The notes under the pieces are model-generated. The model saw only the letters and a list, made by a program, of their open reading frames with translations, ran no database searches and was not told where the DNA came from. Below, one piece after another: positions 44,401-62,373 of a stretch of 64,000 nt of DNA. Positions within the stretch are counted from its first letter, which is position 1, and each line of letters starts with the position of its first letter. Source of the stretch: the human T2T-CHM13v2.0 reference genome, Homo sapiens. The stretch lies in assembly GCF_009914755.1 (NCBI RefSeq), contig NC_060945.1. One strand, written 5' to 3'. Position numbers and translations under genes: made by a program.

Positions 44401-46233
44401 ACATATCTCTGCACTGATCACTCAGGTGATGGGACTATTTTCTATACTCTGCCTAGAGGTGGATTCGTGACATAATCCCTGCACTGATCACTCAGGTGAT
44501 GGGACTATTTTCTATACTCTGCCTAGAGGTGGATTCGTGACATAATCTCTGTACTGATAACCCAGGTGATGTAATTATTGTCTAGGTTCTGTCTATGGGG
44601 GCATTGTGTGAAATATCTGCACTGATCACTCAGGTGATGTAACTCTTGTCTAGGCTCTGTCCACAGGGATTTTTGTGACATATCACTGCACTGATCACCT
44701 AGATGATGTAACTCTTGTCTAGGCTCTGCCTACAGAGGAATTTTGATGTATCACTGCACTGATCACCCAGGTGATCTAACTTTTGTCTAGGCTCTGCCTA
44801 TAGGGGGCATTGTGACATATCTCTGCACCGATCACTCAGGTGATGTAACTATTGTCTTGGCTCTGCTTAAAGGGGCCTTGTCATATACCTCTGCACTGAT
44901 CACCCAGGTGATGTAACTCTTGTCTAGGCTCTGCCTACAGGGGGTATTGTGACATATCTCTGCACTGATCACCTAAGTGATGTAACACTTGTGTATGCTC
45001 TGCCTACAGGAGCATTTTGAGATATATCTGCACTGTTAACCGAGGTGATGTAACTCTTGTCTAGGCTGTCCCCACAGGGGGATTGAGACATATCTCTGCA
45101 CTGATCCCGAGGTGATCCAACTCTTGTCTGGGCTCTGCCTACTGGGGATATTGTGACATATCTCTGCACTGATCTCCCAGGTGATGAAACTTTTGTCTAG
45201 GTTCTCGCTACATGGCACTGTGACATATCTCTGCCCTGATCACCCGGGTGATGTAACTCTTGTCTAGGATCTGCCTACAGGGTGCTTTTTGATATATCCC
45301 TGCAATGGTCACCCAGGTGATATACCACTTGTCAAGGCTCTGCCTACAGGGGCATTGCGATGTATCTCTGCACTGATCACCTAGGTCATGTAACTCTTGT
45401 CTAGGCTCTGCCTACAGTGGCATTGTGACATATCTCTGCACTGATCAACCAGGTGATGTAACACTTGTCTAGGATCTGCCTAAAGGGACTTTGTGACATA
45501 ACTGCACTGATTATCCAGGTGATGGGGCTTTTTTCTAGGCTCTGCCTATGGGGACATTGTGACGTGTTTCTGCACGGAGCACCCAGGTGACGGACTCTTG
45601 TCTTGCGTCTGCATATGGGGGCTTTGTGACATATCTCTGCACTGATCACCCAGGTGATGTAACTGTTGTATAAGCTCTGCCTACAGGGGAATTGTGAGAG
45701 ATCTCTCCACTGATCACCCAACTGATGTAACTATTGTCTAGGCTTTCCCTACAGGAGGCTTTGTGACATATCTTTACACTGATCACCCAGGTGATGTAAC
45801 TCATCTAAGCTCTGCCTACAGGTGCCTATGACATATCTCTGCACTGATCACCCCAGGGAGAGAATTCTTGTTTAGGCTCTGCCTACAGGGGGCTTTGTGA
45901 CATATCTCTGCACTGATCACCTGGGTGATGTAACACTTTTATAATCTCTACCTACAAGGAATTTTGACAAATCTCTGCCCGGATCATCTAGGTGATGTAA
46001 CTCTTGTCTACCCTCTGCCTACAGGGGGCATTGTGAAATATGTCTGCACTGATCACCCAGGTGATGCAACTCTTGTCTAGGATTTGCCTACAGTGGGTAT
46101 TGTGAAATATCTCTGCACTGATCACCTAGGTGATGTAACACTTGTCTACCCTCTGCCTACAGGAGGCATTGTGAAATATCTCTGCACTGATCACCCAGGT
46201 GATGCAACTCTTGTCTAGGATCTGCCTACAGGG
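41488..46233. repeat. Beta satellite (68-bp Sau3A/BSR family), ~70 monomers
   Basis: Monomer ctctgcactgatcacccaggtgatgtaactcttgtctaggctctgcctacagggggcattgtgacatat repeated with ~68-bp period. Confidence 0.97.
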
Positions 46234-46241
46234 CAGATTAA

Positions 46242-49843
<3,602 letters not shown>

Positions 49844-51266
49844 AGAAACTGTGTGAACAAGGAATTCTTTGTCACATCTGTGCTTTGGTCAGTAATAGAC
49901 CAGCAAGCAATTCATCCAGTCATCGTGGGCGTGGCTCCAGGAGGACTTCCTGCGTCCATGGAAGGGATCATCCCTGGAGGCATCCCAGTGACTCACAACC
50001 TCCCGACAGTGGCACATACTTCCCAAGCGCCCTCTCCCAACCAGCCCACAATCACGGGGACATTCGAGAGCACCCCAACGAGAAATAGTAGTGAATGCCG
50101 GAAGGTAATCATTTTGATACACTTGGGAACAAGGACAGTGAAAAATAGATGAACTAAGAGAAAAAGAATCTGACACTCTTTTTAGCTGATTCTGGACATA
50201 TGCATCATTGATGTTGCAGTGTTAACACTACAAGAGTTAGAAAGCTGAAGATGTTGTCTGTTTACGGAAGCTCTGAAAGACTAGGGTGTGATTTATTAAC
50301 GACCAGCTTCCGTTATTGTGTGTTACATTTTTCATCTGTACGTCAAATCACAAAGAATAAATAGAACTTTTTCCTTTATCAGTCCCTTGGGCACAGCAGG
50401 TCAGGAAAACCCTGCTCAGAATGTTGCATCAGGACTTCAAACATCAAAATAAAAACCATGAGGAGGAAATCCCCATCTTGTCACTTGAGTCCCTTCAGTC
50501 TACAGGGACTGGTTACAGCTTTTTGCTAATAGGAAGATCACATTATTAGAAAATGTGGAGTAAACTGTTTGCCTGTGGTAGACACCTGCACTCATAGGAT
50601 TGAAGACAGTACCGGCTCCTGTACAGAGAAGCGTCTCTCACATCTGAACTGCATGCTGAGTGGGCAATTTGGTTGTAAGTTCAGAAAAAGCCTCCGATAA
50701 TGCAAAAAAAAAAGCAGTGTTAAGTTTCACAAGCTGTTTGTAATCAAAAATATTTTCTCAGTTTCAGATGCTCTGCTATTTTATTGAGTGGAAAGTCTTG
50801 CACTAAAAAGATTCAAGAAAAATAATGTTGCTTTTTCTTATGTCACAAGAAACACTTTTAATGGTAACTTGTCAGATTGTCTATGAACAAATCCACTTTT
50901 TAAGACACTGATAAAGTCTTCTTTTCTTCACGTTGTATTTTATACAAGAACACTTCAGATGTATTGGATGTGACAGATTTTAACAAATCCTATTTGATTT
51001 GCATCGATTAGTTACATGTTCTGTTCATAGTCTTTTGTGAATCATTGCCTTTTTGTTTAAAAAGATGGCCTATTTTGATCTTTTGATTAGGTACCTTCCT
51101 GTTTTTGTGACAAAAGAAAAACTTTAAAATTGTCACAAACAGAAAAATAATGGCTATCAGAAGTATCCTTTGTTTTAGTGCGAGTTACCGTTACTGTAGT
51201 TGTTTATTGTAAAGATGGACATTTAGCATTCAGTGCAGTTTTCAATAAAATGTAATTAGAAAAAAA
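49844..51266 (+). pseudogene. CTBP2P: CTBP2 pseudogene (probably processed): C-terminal CDS remnant 49844-50088 plus 3'UTR and poly(A) signal
   Basis: Translates as [68 protein letters not shown](fs)HGDIREHPNEK*, matching the CTBP2 C-terminus as recalled; AATAAA at 51244-51249 followed by an A-run at 51260-51266. Confidence 0.93.
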
Positions 51267-51279
51267 CTGCTTAATTAAC

Positions 51280-52155
51280 AAAAACAGAGCATAGACAACA
51301 AAATAATATTAGAAGTGATAAAGAAAATGAGATATCAAAAGATTTTTAGAAACCAACAAAAACTGTGAATCTGAATAACACAATAACTATATTAAAATTT
51401 CAATCAACAGTCACAAAAGCAGACTAATAAAGCAGAGAAAAATCATACAATTGATGACACTGTAGTTATAAATACTGAGTCATAAAAACAAATTATTTAA
51501 ACAGAATAGAGAAAAAAATATGGGACGTACTGCACACCATCAAGTAGACCATTGTATTTATAAAAGGAGTCTTAGAAAAACAATACAGCAGAAAAGTAAT
51601 AAAGAGATTATTTTTAAAAAGTAGCTGAGAAATCCCCAGATGACAAGGTAATTAAACAAGAAGATGTACTGCCAAACAAAAATCTTCAACTGGAATAATT
51701 TCACTTCAGAAATAAAAAAAAAATAAGCCTTTCCAGAATAAATAAAAGTTGAGTGTGTTACTAACCACTAGATCAGTCCTAAAGGAAATGTAAAAAAAAG
51801 TCTATCAAGTCCAAAAATGAAATGATGCTGCACAGCATCATAACAGCATATGAAAATAGAAAGTGCTATATTAAAGGTAAATATATAAACAGGTATAGAA
51901 ATCTCTATTGTCATAATGATGGTGCACAAAATTTTCAAAATATTGCTATGGAGTTTAAAAAATGAAGCACAAATCTGCATAAATGTGTGTTCATAGTTAC
52001 TCAATAAGAAAAGATAATATGTGATATTAATAACACAGTGGGGGTATGAAAAGGTACAACTTTGCATTCAGTTGAAATATGGTTGTTATATATTGTCATA
52101 ACTGTAAGATGATTTTTGAAGTCTTTATTTCTCAAGATGATTACCAAAAATACCT
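51280..52155 (+). mobile_element. Old L1M fragment (ORF1/inter-ORF-like)
   Basis: A-rich, L1-like phrases (gctgagaaatccccag, ctaaaggaaatg); subfamily not assignable. Confidence 0.5.
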
Positions 52156-52159
52156 GTAG

Positions 52160-52494
52160 ACCTCTGGTCGTCCTCCCACTGCTACATTCCCACTAGCTCC
52201 ACCACAGTTTACAAATGCCATGGCAATATCAGAAATTTACCCTACATGGTCTTAAAAAAAAAGGAGGCATAAATAATCCACCCCTTGTTTAACATATTAT
52301 CTAGAAATAACCATAAGAATGGTTAACCAGCAGCCCTCGGGCTGCTCTGTCTATAGAGTAGCCATTCTTTTATTCTTCTACTTTCTTAATAAACTTGCTA
52401 TCACTTTACTCTATGGACTCGCCCTGAATTCTTTCTTGCACCAGATCCAATAACCCTCTCTTGGAGTCTAGATCAGGACACCTTTCCTATAACA
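52160..52494 (+). mobile_element. MER41A-like ERV1 LTR, 3' part only
   Basis: agtttacaaatgccatggcaa...aataatccaccccttgttta...aataaacttgct...cctttcctataaca. Confidence 0.85.
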
Positions 52495-52681
52495 GAAGGA
52501 TGGGAAACAACTGGAACCTTCATCAACAGCTGGCAGAGTGTAAACTGATACAGCCACTGCAAAATTTTTAGCAGTATCTCCTAAAACTGTACACATGCTC
52601 TATAAAGCACTTGCACTCCCAGACACAGATCAAATTAAAGTACACACGTGTGCACCAAAAGGTAAGGACAAGAAAGTTCAG

Positions 52682-52977
52682 GGCAGGGAACAGTGGCTCA
52701 TGCCTGCAATTCCAGCACTTTGGGAGGCCGAGGCAGGCAGATCACCTGAGGTCAGGAGTTCGAGACCAGCCCGACCAACATGGTAAAACCCCGTCTCTAC
52801 TAAAAAAAAATTAGCCAGGCGTGGTGGTGGGCACCTGTAATCCCAGCTTCTTGGGAGGCCGAGGCAGGGAGAATTGCTTGAACCCAGGAGGTGGAGGTTG
52901 CAGTGAGCTGAGATTGTGCCATTGCACTCCAGCCTGGGTGACAAGAGCAAGACTCCATCTCCAAAAAGAAAGAAAAA

Positions 52978-53027
<50 letters not shown>
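52682..53027 (+). mobile_element. AluSq/Sp-like with (GAAA)n tail
   Basis: Full dimer; TSD-like agaaagtt on both sides. Confidence 0.93.
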
Positions 53028-53028
<1 letters not shown>

Positions 53029-53291
53029 TTTATAATGGCATTACTCATAATGGACCCAAGCTTGGAAGAACCTGAATGTCAGCCAACAGCAGAACAGATA
53101 AACATATTGTGCAATATTAGTAAAGCTGAGTGCACACAACAATAAACAAACCACTGCCATGTGCAACAACATGGATAGAGCTCACAAGCCTAAAGCTGAG
53201 AAAAGCAGCCAAAAGAAAAGATCCCATTTATAAAGCGAGTAATAGGAAAACTAATCTATAGTGTAAAAAATCAGAATAGGAGATACTTTTT

Positions 53292-53621
<330 letters not shown>

Positions 53622-54885
53622 TTAGGTGTTAACTATGTGAAAATTTTGAGTTGTACGTTCATGATCTCCTTACCTGTATGCCTCTTATACCACAATAAAA
53701 AAAAGTTAAGTATGAGACTAACATAATAGAGCTTAAAATGTGCAGAAATTGAGGGAGCTCGCCCAAGGAAACCATTACTAAACAGATACTAAAAGATTTC
53801 AGACAGGAGGAAAATGATCCCAAGTGGAAGATCTGGGATATAAGAAGAAATGAAGAGCAGGAAAAAGACAGGTGAATATATGGATAAAACTAAACAAGTG
53901 TGAAATGTATAAAACAACAGAAGTAATGTCCCATGAAATATAAAAAGAAAAATGATAAAATATATGAAAACAACTTTGATGGGTCACAAGATAATTATGC
54001 TGAATAAAAAAACTCAATCTCAAAATATTAGACAGTGTGTGGTTTCATTTACATGTGTTCTTGAAATAAAGTCACAGAGATGAAAAACCCATTAGTGGTT
54101 GCCAGGGGTCAGGGAGTGAGGAACGTGTTTGTGACTATAAAATGGGTAGCACAAGGGATCCATCCTTCTGATGGAACTGTTCTGTATCTTGACGATGGTG
54201 ATGGTGGTTAGGTATCTAATCTATATACACGATAAAATTTCATAGAACTAAATACACAAAAAAACTTAAAAGTGCACATAAAACTGGTGAAATCTGAACA
54301 AGGTAGTTATGCAAGACGTTACCATTGGGAGAAACTGAGTGAAGACTATATTGGATTTCTTTATATTATTTCTTAAAAGCACCTGTGAATCTGCAATTAT
54401 GTCAAAACAAAAAGTTGAAAATATACTGTTGTAGCATAACTCAAGAGGAGTTTAATGCAATGAAAGTATTCTTAAGTTATCCTATCACCCAGGAGGAGGA
54501 TAAATTTTCAACTTTCATAACTTAAATATGCACATTTAAATTAGCATGACAGTTACTAAAAGAATATAAACAAAGACTAACTTAAAATGACTAGAGAAGA
54601 AAAAAAATCCCACCAATTGAAAAGAAGGCAAGAAAGGAAAAAAGAAACATAAGTAGGATAAATAGAAAGTGACAAAATGACACAAACACACATGCATGTA
54701 CATACACACCACTCACCATCTATACAGAATCTAAGTATGTCAGAATACAAATACATGCAAATGGACTAAGTAATCCAGTTAAAGATGGATAAATTGTTAA
54801 AATCCCATTCCATGCTATTTATAAGTCATATTTAAAATACAAAGATATAGAATGATTTTAAAAGGTATTAAAATATGTATCAGAG

Positions 54886-55155
54886 GAGCCGGACTTGGCG
54901 GCACATGCCTGTAATCCCAGTGACTCAGGAAGCAGAGGTGAGAGGATCACTTGAGGCCAAGAACTCAAGACCAGCCTGGGCAATATAGCCAAATTCTATC
55001 TCTAAAGAAATAAAAACAATTATTTGGCAGTGGTGGCACACATCACTCTAAAGACTGAGGTAGGAGGATCATTTGAGCCCAGGAGTTTAAGGCAGCAGGG
55101 AGCCACAGACACGTCTGTGAACAGCCCCTGCACTATAGCCTGGGCAGCACAGTGG

Positions 55156-55194
<39 letters not shown>
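54886..55194 (+). mobile_element. Degenerate AluJ with (CA)n at its 3' end
   Basis: Alu motifs followed by (CA)n at 55161-55194. Confidence 0.75.
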
Positions 55195-55196
<2 letters not shown>

Positions 55197-55776
55197 AAAG
55201 ATACACAGTGCAAAGTCTAACCAAAGTTACTATAGCTATATCATACATAATGTTGAAAGCATACATAAATGAAGGAAAACATTTCATTTTGATAAAAGTT
55301 CAAATTAAAAAAAAGATGTATATTTTTTGAATCATATGCACCCAAGTACAGCCTCAAAACGCAAAATTTGACAGATGAGGAGACAGACAAATCCATGCTT
55401 CTAGTAGGATATTTAATATATCTCTCAGTAAATAAAGTATAAAAATAATTAGGGAGGATGAAGATTTAAAATTATGAAAAAATAGACTCAATGCACACAT
55501 ACAGAACATGAGATTTAACTGCAGAAATAGACTTCCCTTCAAGAAAATGTGGACAAGTTCAAAAATTAACCATATATACAAGTGTTAAAAACAAGTAACA
55601 AATTTCAAAGAAAGTGGACAAATCACAATTTCTGGTAACAATTTTAGAAACTTTCTAAAAGTATACTTTTAAATAGCCCATAGCTTGAAGAGAAAATAAG
55701 GCAAATTCATCATCAATTCTACATATTAAAAACTGTAGGATATAATTAAATCCATTCATAAGGGGAAAATGATAGT

Positions 55777-55988
55777 CTTTTTTTTTTTTTGAGATGGGGT
55801 CTCACTCTGTCACCCCGGCTGGAGTGCAGTAGCACAATCTTGGCTTACTACCCTCTACCTTCTGGGCTCAAGTGAGCCTCCCACCTTAGCATCCCGAGTA
55901 GCTGGGACCACAGGCTCACACCACCACGCCTGGCTAATTTTTTGTGTGTTTGGTAGAGATAAAGTTTCACCATGTTGTCCAGGCTGGG
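55777..55988 (-). mobile_element. AluJ (partial)
   Basis: Poly(T), then gagatggggtctcactctgtcaccc. Confidence 0.88.
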
Positions 55989-56046
55989 GAAATTTATAGT
56001 CTTAAATGAGAACATTAGAAAAGGAACTTGGAAAAAACATCAACAG

Positions 56047-56352
<306 letters not shown>

Positions 56353-56477
56353 CTAAGCATCAGTCAATAAATCAGACAAAGAACAAGTTAAATTCAAAGA
56401 AAGAAAAAGGAAAAACATAACAAACAAATGAAATACAAAAGAAACACACAATAGAATCAGCCAAGCTAAAACTTGTG

Positions 56478-56637
56478 GTTTTTTTGGTTTTCAGATAGGG
56501 TCTCATTCTGTTGCCCAGGCTGGAGTGTAGTGGCTCAATCACAGCTTAGTACAGCCTCCCCCTTACAGGCTCAAGTGATCCTCCCACCTTTGCCTCTCAA
56601 AGTGCTGGGATTACAGGTATGAGCCACCATGCCCTGC
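56478..56637 (-). mobile_element. Internally deleted AluJ / monomer
   Basis: Alu 3' end joined directly to Alu 5' end motifs. Confidence 0.75.
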
Positions 56638-56742
56638 TAAAATCTGGTTCTTTAAAAATACATTATAAAATTCACAGACCTTTAGCAAGATTTGTCAAGA
56701 AAAAGCAGTCAAAAAACAATCTTGCACAGGAGGACTGTACTA

Positions 56743-57422
<680 letters not shown>

Positions 57423-57776
57423 GAGATATGAATTTCTAGGAAAAAAAAATCAAAATTCTCTCAAAAAAGTAGAAAAAAACTTACATAGATTAAATATATT
57501 GAATCAGTAATGAAAAAACTTCCCATAAAGAAATTTCCAGGCCCAAGTGCCTTCACCAAAAAGTTCCATGAAACATACAAGAGAAACCAACCAACCAAAC
57601 AAAAAAAAAACTCTGCCACTAACACAGAGAATAAAAAAAGAAGACTCCCCAGTTCATTTTAAAAGGTTAAAATAAAAATAACCTTGATATCAAAACCCAA
57701 CAAGGCAAGGGCAAGAAAAAATATTTACAGGCCATCATTATTCAACGTGGATCAGAAATTATTTTTAAGATGTACT

Positions 57777-58070
57777 AGCCAGGTGTGGTGGTCATGCCTA
57801 TAATCCTAGTATTTTGGGAGGCCCAAGTGAGAGGATGGCCTGAGCTCAGGAGTTTGAGACCAGCCTGGGCAACAAGGCAAAATCCCATCTTTATAAAAAA
57901 TACAAAAATTAGCTGGGCATGGCAGCACACTTATAGACCCAGCTATTCAGGAGGCTGATGTGGGAGGATCACTTGAGCCTAGCAGGTTGAGAATGAAGTG
58001 ATCCCTGATCAGGTCACTGTGCTCCAGCCTGGGCAACAGAGTGAGACCCTGTCTCAAAACAACAACAGAA
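57777..58070 (+). mobile_element. AluJ
   Basis: Full dimer. Confidence 0.88.
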
Positions 58071-59836
58071 AGATATACTGACCACCTGTGATGCTGGCCA
58101 GGATGGCATATGCATGCTATGGCATGTCATTTCCACTGATCACAATTTGAAACTCTGGACAAAATATAAATAGCAATGACCCAAGTACTCTGAAAAGTAA
58201 CCAGCAGACAGGTTGGGAAACATCAAAACCTGAAGAATTATCTGGATGGCGGTGGTGAGAGATCATATTCTAGGTCATAAAACAAACCCTAAAGTTAAAC
58301 AATTAAAATTCAGTGAATTATTTTCTCTGATGACAGAATTAAACTAGGAATCTAGAACATTTCTAGAACATCCCCTAATATGAGAAGTTAAATGGCGTAC
58401 TTCTAAATGGCCCATAGGTCAAAGAGAGTATCTTAAGACAAATTGGAAAACAGTTTGAACTTAATAAATATGACATCATCAAAATATGTGCTTACAGGGC
58501 AATTTATAGCACTAAATTATGAGAAATGAAGCATCAAATCAATAATGTAAGCATTTACTTCAAGTAAAAAAAGAACCAAATAAACTCAAATCAGGCATAA
58601 GGAAAACAGACTAAATCAGTAATATTTAAACAAAAACAGCAAAGGAAAAAAATTCAATGAAATCCAAAGTTGGTTCTTTGCAGGGGTGGTGGGAGGTGGA
58701 AATCAATCAAATGAGGAAGCCTCTAGCAGACTGACAAAGGAAGAAGAGAAAACACAAATTGCCAATACCAGAAATGAAAGGAATATTATTACAAATCCTG
58801 TAGACACTAGAAGGCTATAATGGATACTACAACAACAAAACAAACAACTATATGCTTCTAAATTCTACAAATTAGGTGAAATAGATCAATTCCTTGAAAG
58901 ACAGACTACCAAAACCCAAGAAGAAACAGACAGCTTGAATACCCCTGTATTTATTAAAGAAACAGAAGTGGCACAGCACTTTTGAAGACAATTTGGCAGG
59001 TTCACATAAAGTCAAACGTACACGGACCATGTGACTTGGCAATCCTACCCTTAGGCATTTGCACAAGTGAAATGAAAACCTATGCTCAGACAAAAAGCAC
59101 TTTGTGAATTCCAATCCACTTATAGTTTACCAAAAAGTGAAAATAGTCCATATTCCTCCAATGACAAACCAATAAGCAAACCATGTAGTATTTATACAAT
59201 GGATTACTATTTGGCAATAAAAAGGAATAACTGTTTATACAGTACATGAAAGTAGCCAGACTCAAAAGGCTACATCCTGAACGATTCCATTTGTATAAAA
59301 TTCTGAAATAAAAGCAATGCTAGAGGAAAACAGATCAGTGATTGCCAGAATTTACAATGGAAGGTTTTACTATAAAGGGCAAGGTAATTTTTGGAGTGAT
59401 CATATAATTTTGTAATCTACCAAAAACAAACATAATACATTGGCAGATAAGTAAAGTTCACGGATTGGAAAGTTCAATATTGCAAAAGTCTCCCAGAAAT
59501 GACCTATCAATTTAATCCTAGTGGAAATTCCAATCAGTTTTGTGAAGGCTGCTAAGTCAACTCTAAAATGGCCAAGAATAGACAAGATCACCGGAGAGGA
59601 AGCAGGGAGGTGGACACTAGTATCTTCTGATTGATGAGTGAAATCATTAGAAGGCCAGCAAAAATACAAGTAAGCCAGAATTTCTAAAGCACCACAAAAG
59701 AACACTAGTTAGTAGTGCATATAGGTATCTCCCAAATTTGTTGTAAACATAGGCCTTTAAAAAATATTAGAAACTGATATTTAAAGAGATATAAACTCAT
59801 ATTAAGCTTTTAAAAAATTCTAAGCAAGGGCTTCAC

Positions 59837-61467
<1,631 letters not shown>

Positions 61468-61794
61468 CTGCAGCAAACAGTAGCTGACTCCTCGCTCTCT
61501 TCAGTGAACTTGAATTTAAATTTATAGAATTCTCATGACTTCTATTTCATCTTGAAACCCAGAGACTCCTTCCCTTTCCTAGTGATTTACCTTTCAATTA
61601 TAGGTAGACTGAACCAGTCCCAGCCGGCCTTAGTTGGTCTCTATTCAAACACTGTACTTTTGTTTCTTGATTACATCTTCAATTATTTTAGTTATTTCTG
61701 AGATTCTCCTCTGTAATTTCTCCAACTCTCTAGGGCATAAAGAGTGCATGAATAACATTATGAAGGCTGTGAGACTTCAAATAAATGAGTAGCC

Positions 61795-61915
61795 TTTCTG
61801 AGCCTCAGTTTTCTCCTCTGTAAACCAGGAATAATTTTTACTGAACAAATTTGTTCTAAGGATTAGTGAAATGTATGTAAAGCACTTAGCATTTAATAGG
61901 TGATCAAATGGTAAA
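61795..61915 (+). mobile_element. MIR core
   Basis: ctgagcctcagttttctcctctgtaaa...aggattagtgaaatgtatgtaaagcacttagca. Confidence 0.75.
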
Positions 61916-61948
61916 TGGTGCTTATAAAATGTCTTTATCATGGTAAAG

Positions 61949-62042
61949 TATATATAACAATATACATATATATACATGTATATACATGTGTATATATATA
62001 TGTATATATGTATATATGTATATATGTGTATATATATATGTA

Positions 62043-62076
<34 letters not shown>

Positions 62077-62370
62077 CATATATATATTGAGATGGAGGCT
62101 TGCTCTGTCACCAGACTGGAGTGCAGTAGTGGGGCGATCTTGGCTCACTGCAAACTCTGCCTCCCAGGTTCAAGGATTCTCCTGCCTCAGCCTCCTAAGT
62201 AGCTGGGATTACAGGCACCTGCCGCCACACTTAGTGAATTTTTATATTTTTAGTAGAGACGGGGTTTCACCAAGTTGGCCAGGATGGTCTCTATCTCTTG
62301 ACCTCGTGATCTGCCTGCCTCAGCCTCCCAAAGTGCTGGGATTACAGGTGTGAGCCACCGTGCCCAGCCC
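61949..62370 (-). mobile_element. AluSc-like (62088-62370) with (TA/TG)n microsatellite tail (61949-62087)
   Basis: Reverse dimer; tail expanded into a TA-rich repeat. Confidence 0.9.
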
Positions 62371-62373
62371 GAT

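Noticed and set aside
41488-46233. Regular 68-bp repeat with a palindromic TGATCA core, superficially CRISPR-like
   Set aside because: There are no unique spacers and no cas genes; the whole monomer repeats and matches beta satellite.
52160-52494. MER41 interferon-inducible (STAT1) enhancer
   Set aside because: It reads ggaggcataaataatcc and lacks the TTCCGGGAA GAS-containing segment of MER41B; it looks like the MER41A type.
61777-62353. YI/YM-repeat ORFs of 95-125 aa
   Set aside because: Translation of a (TA)n microsatellite plus Alu.
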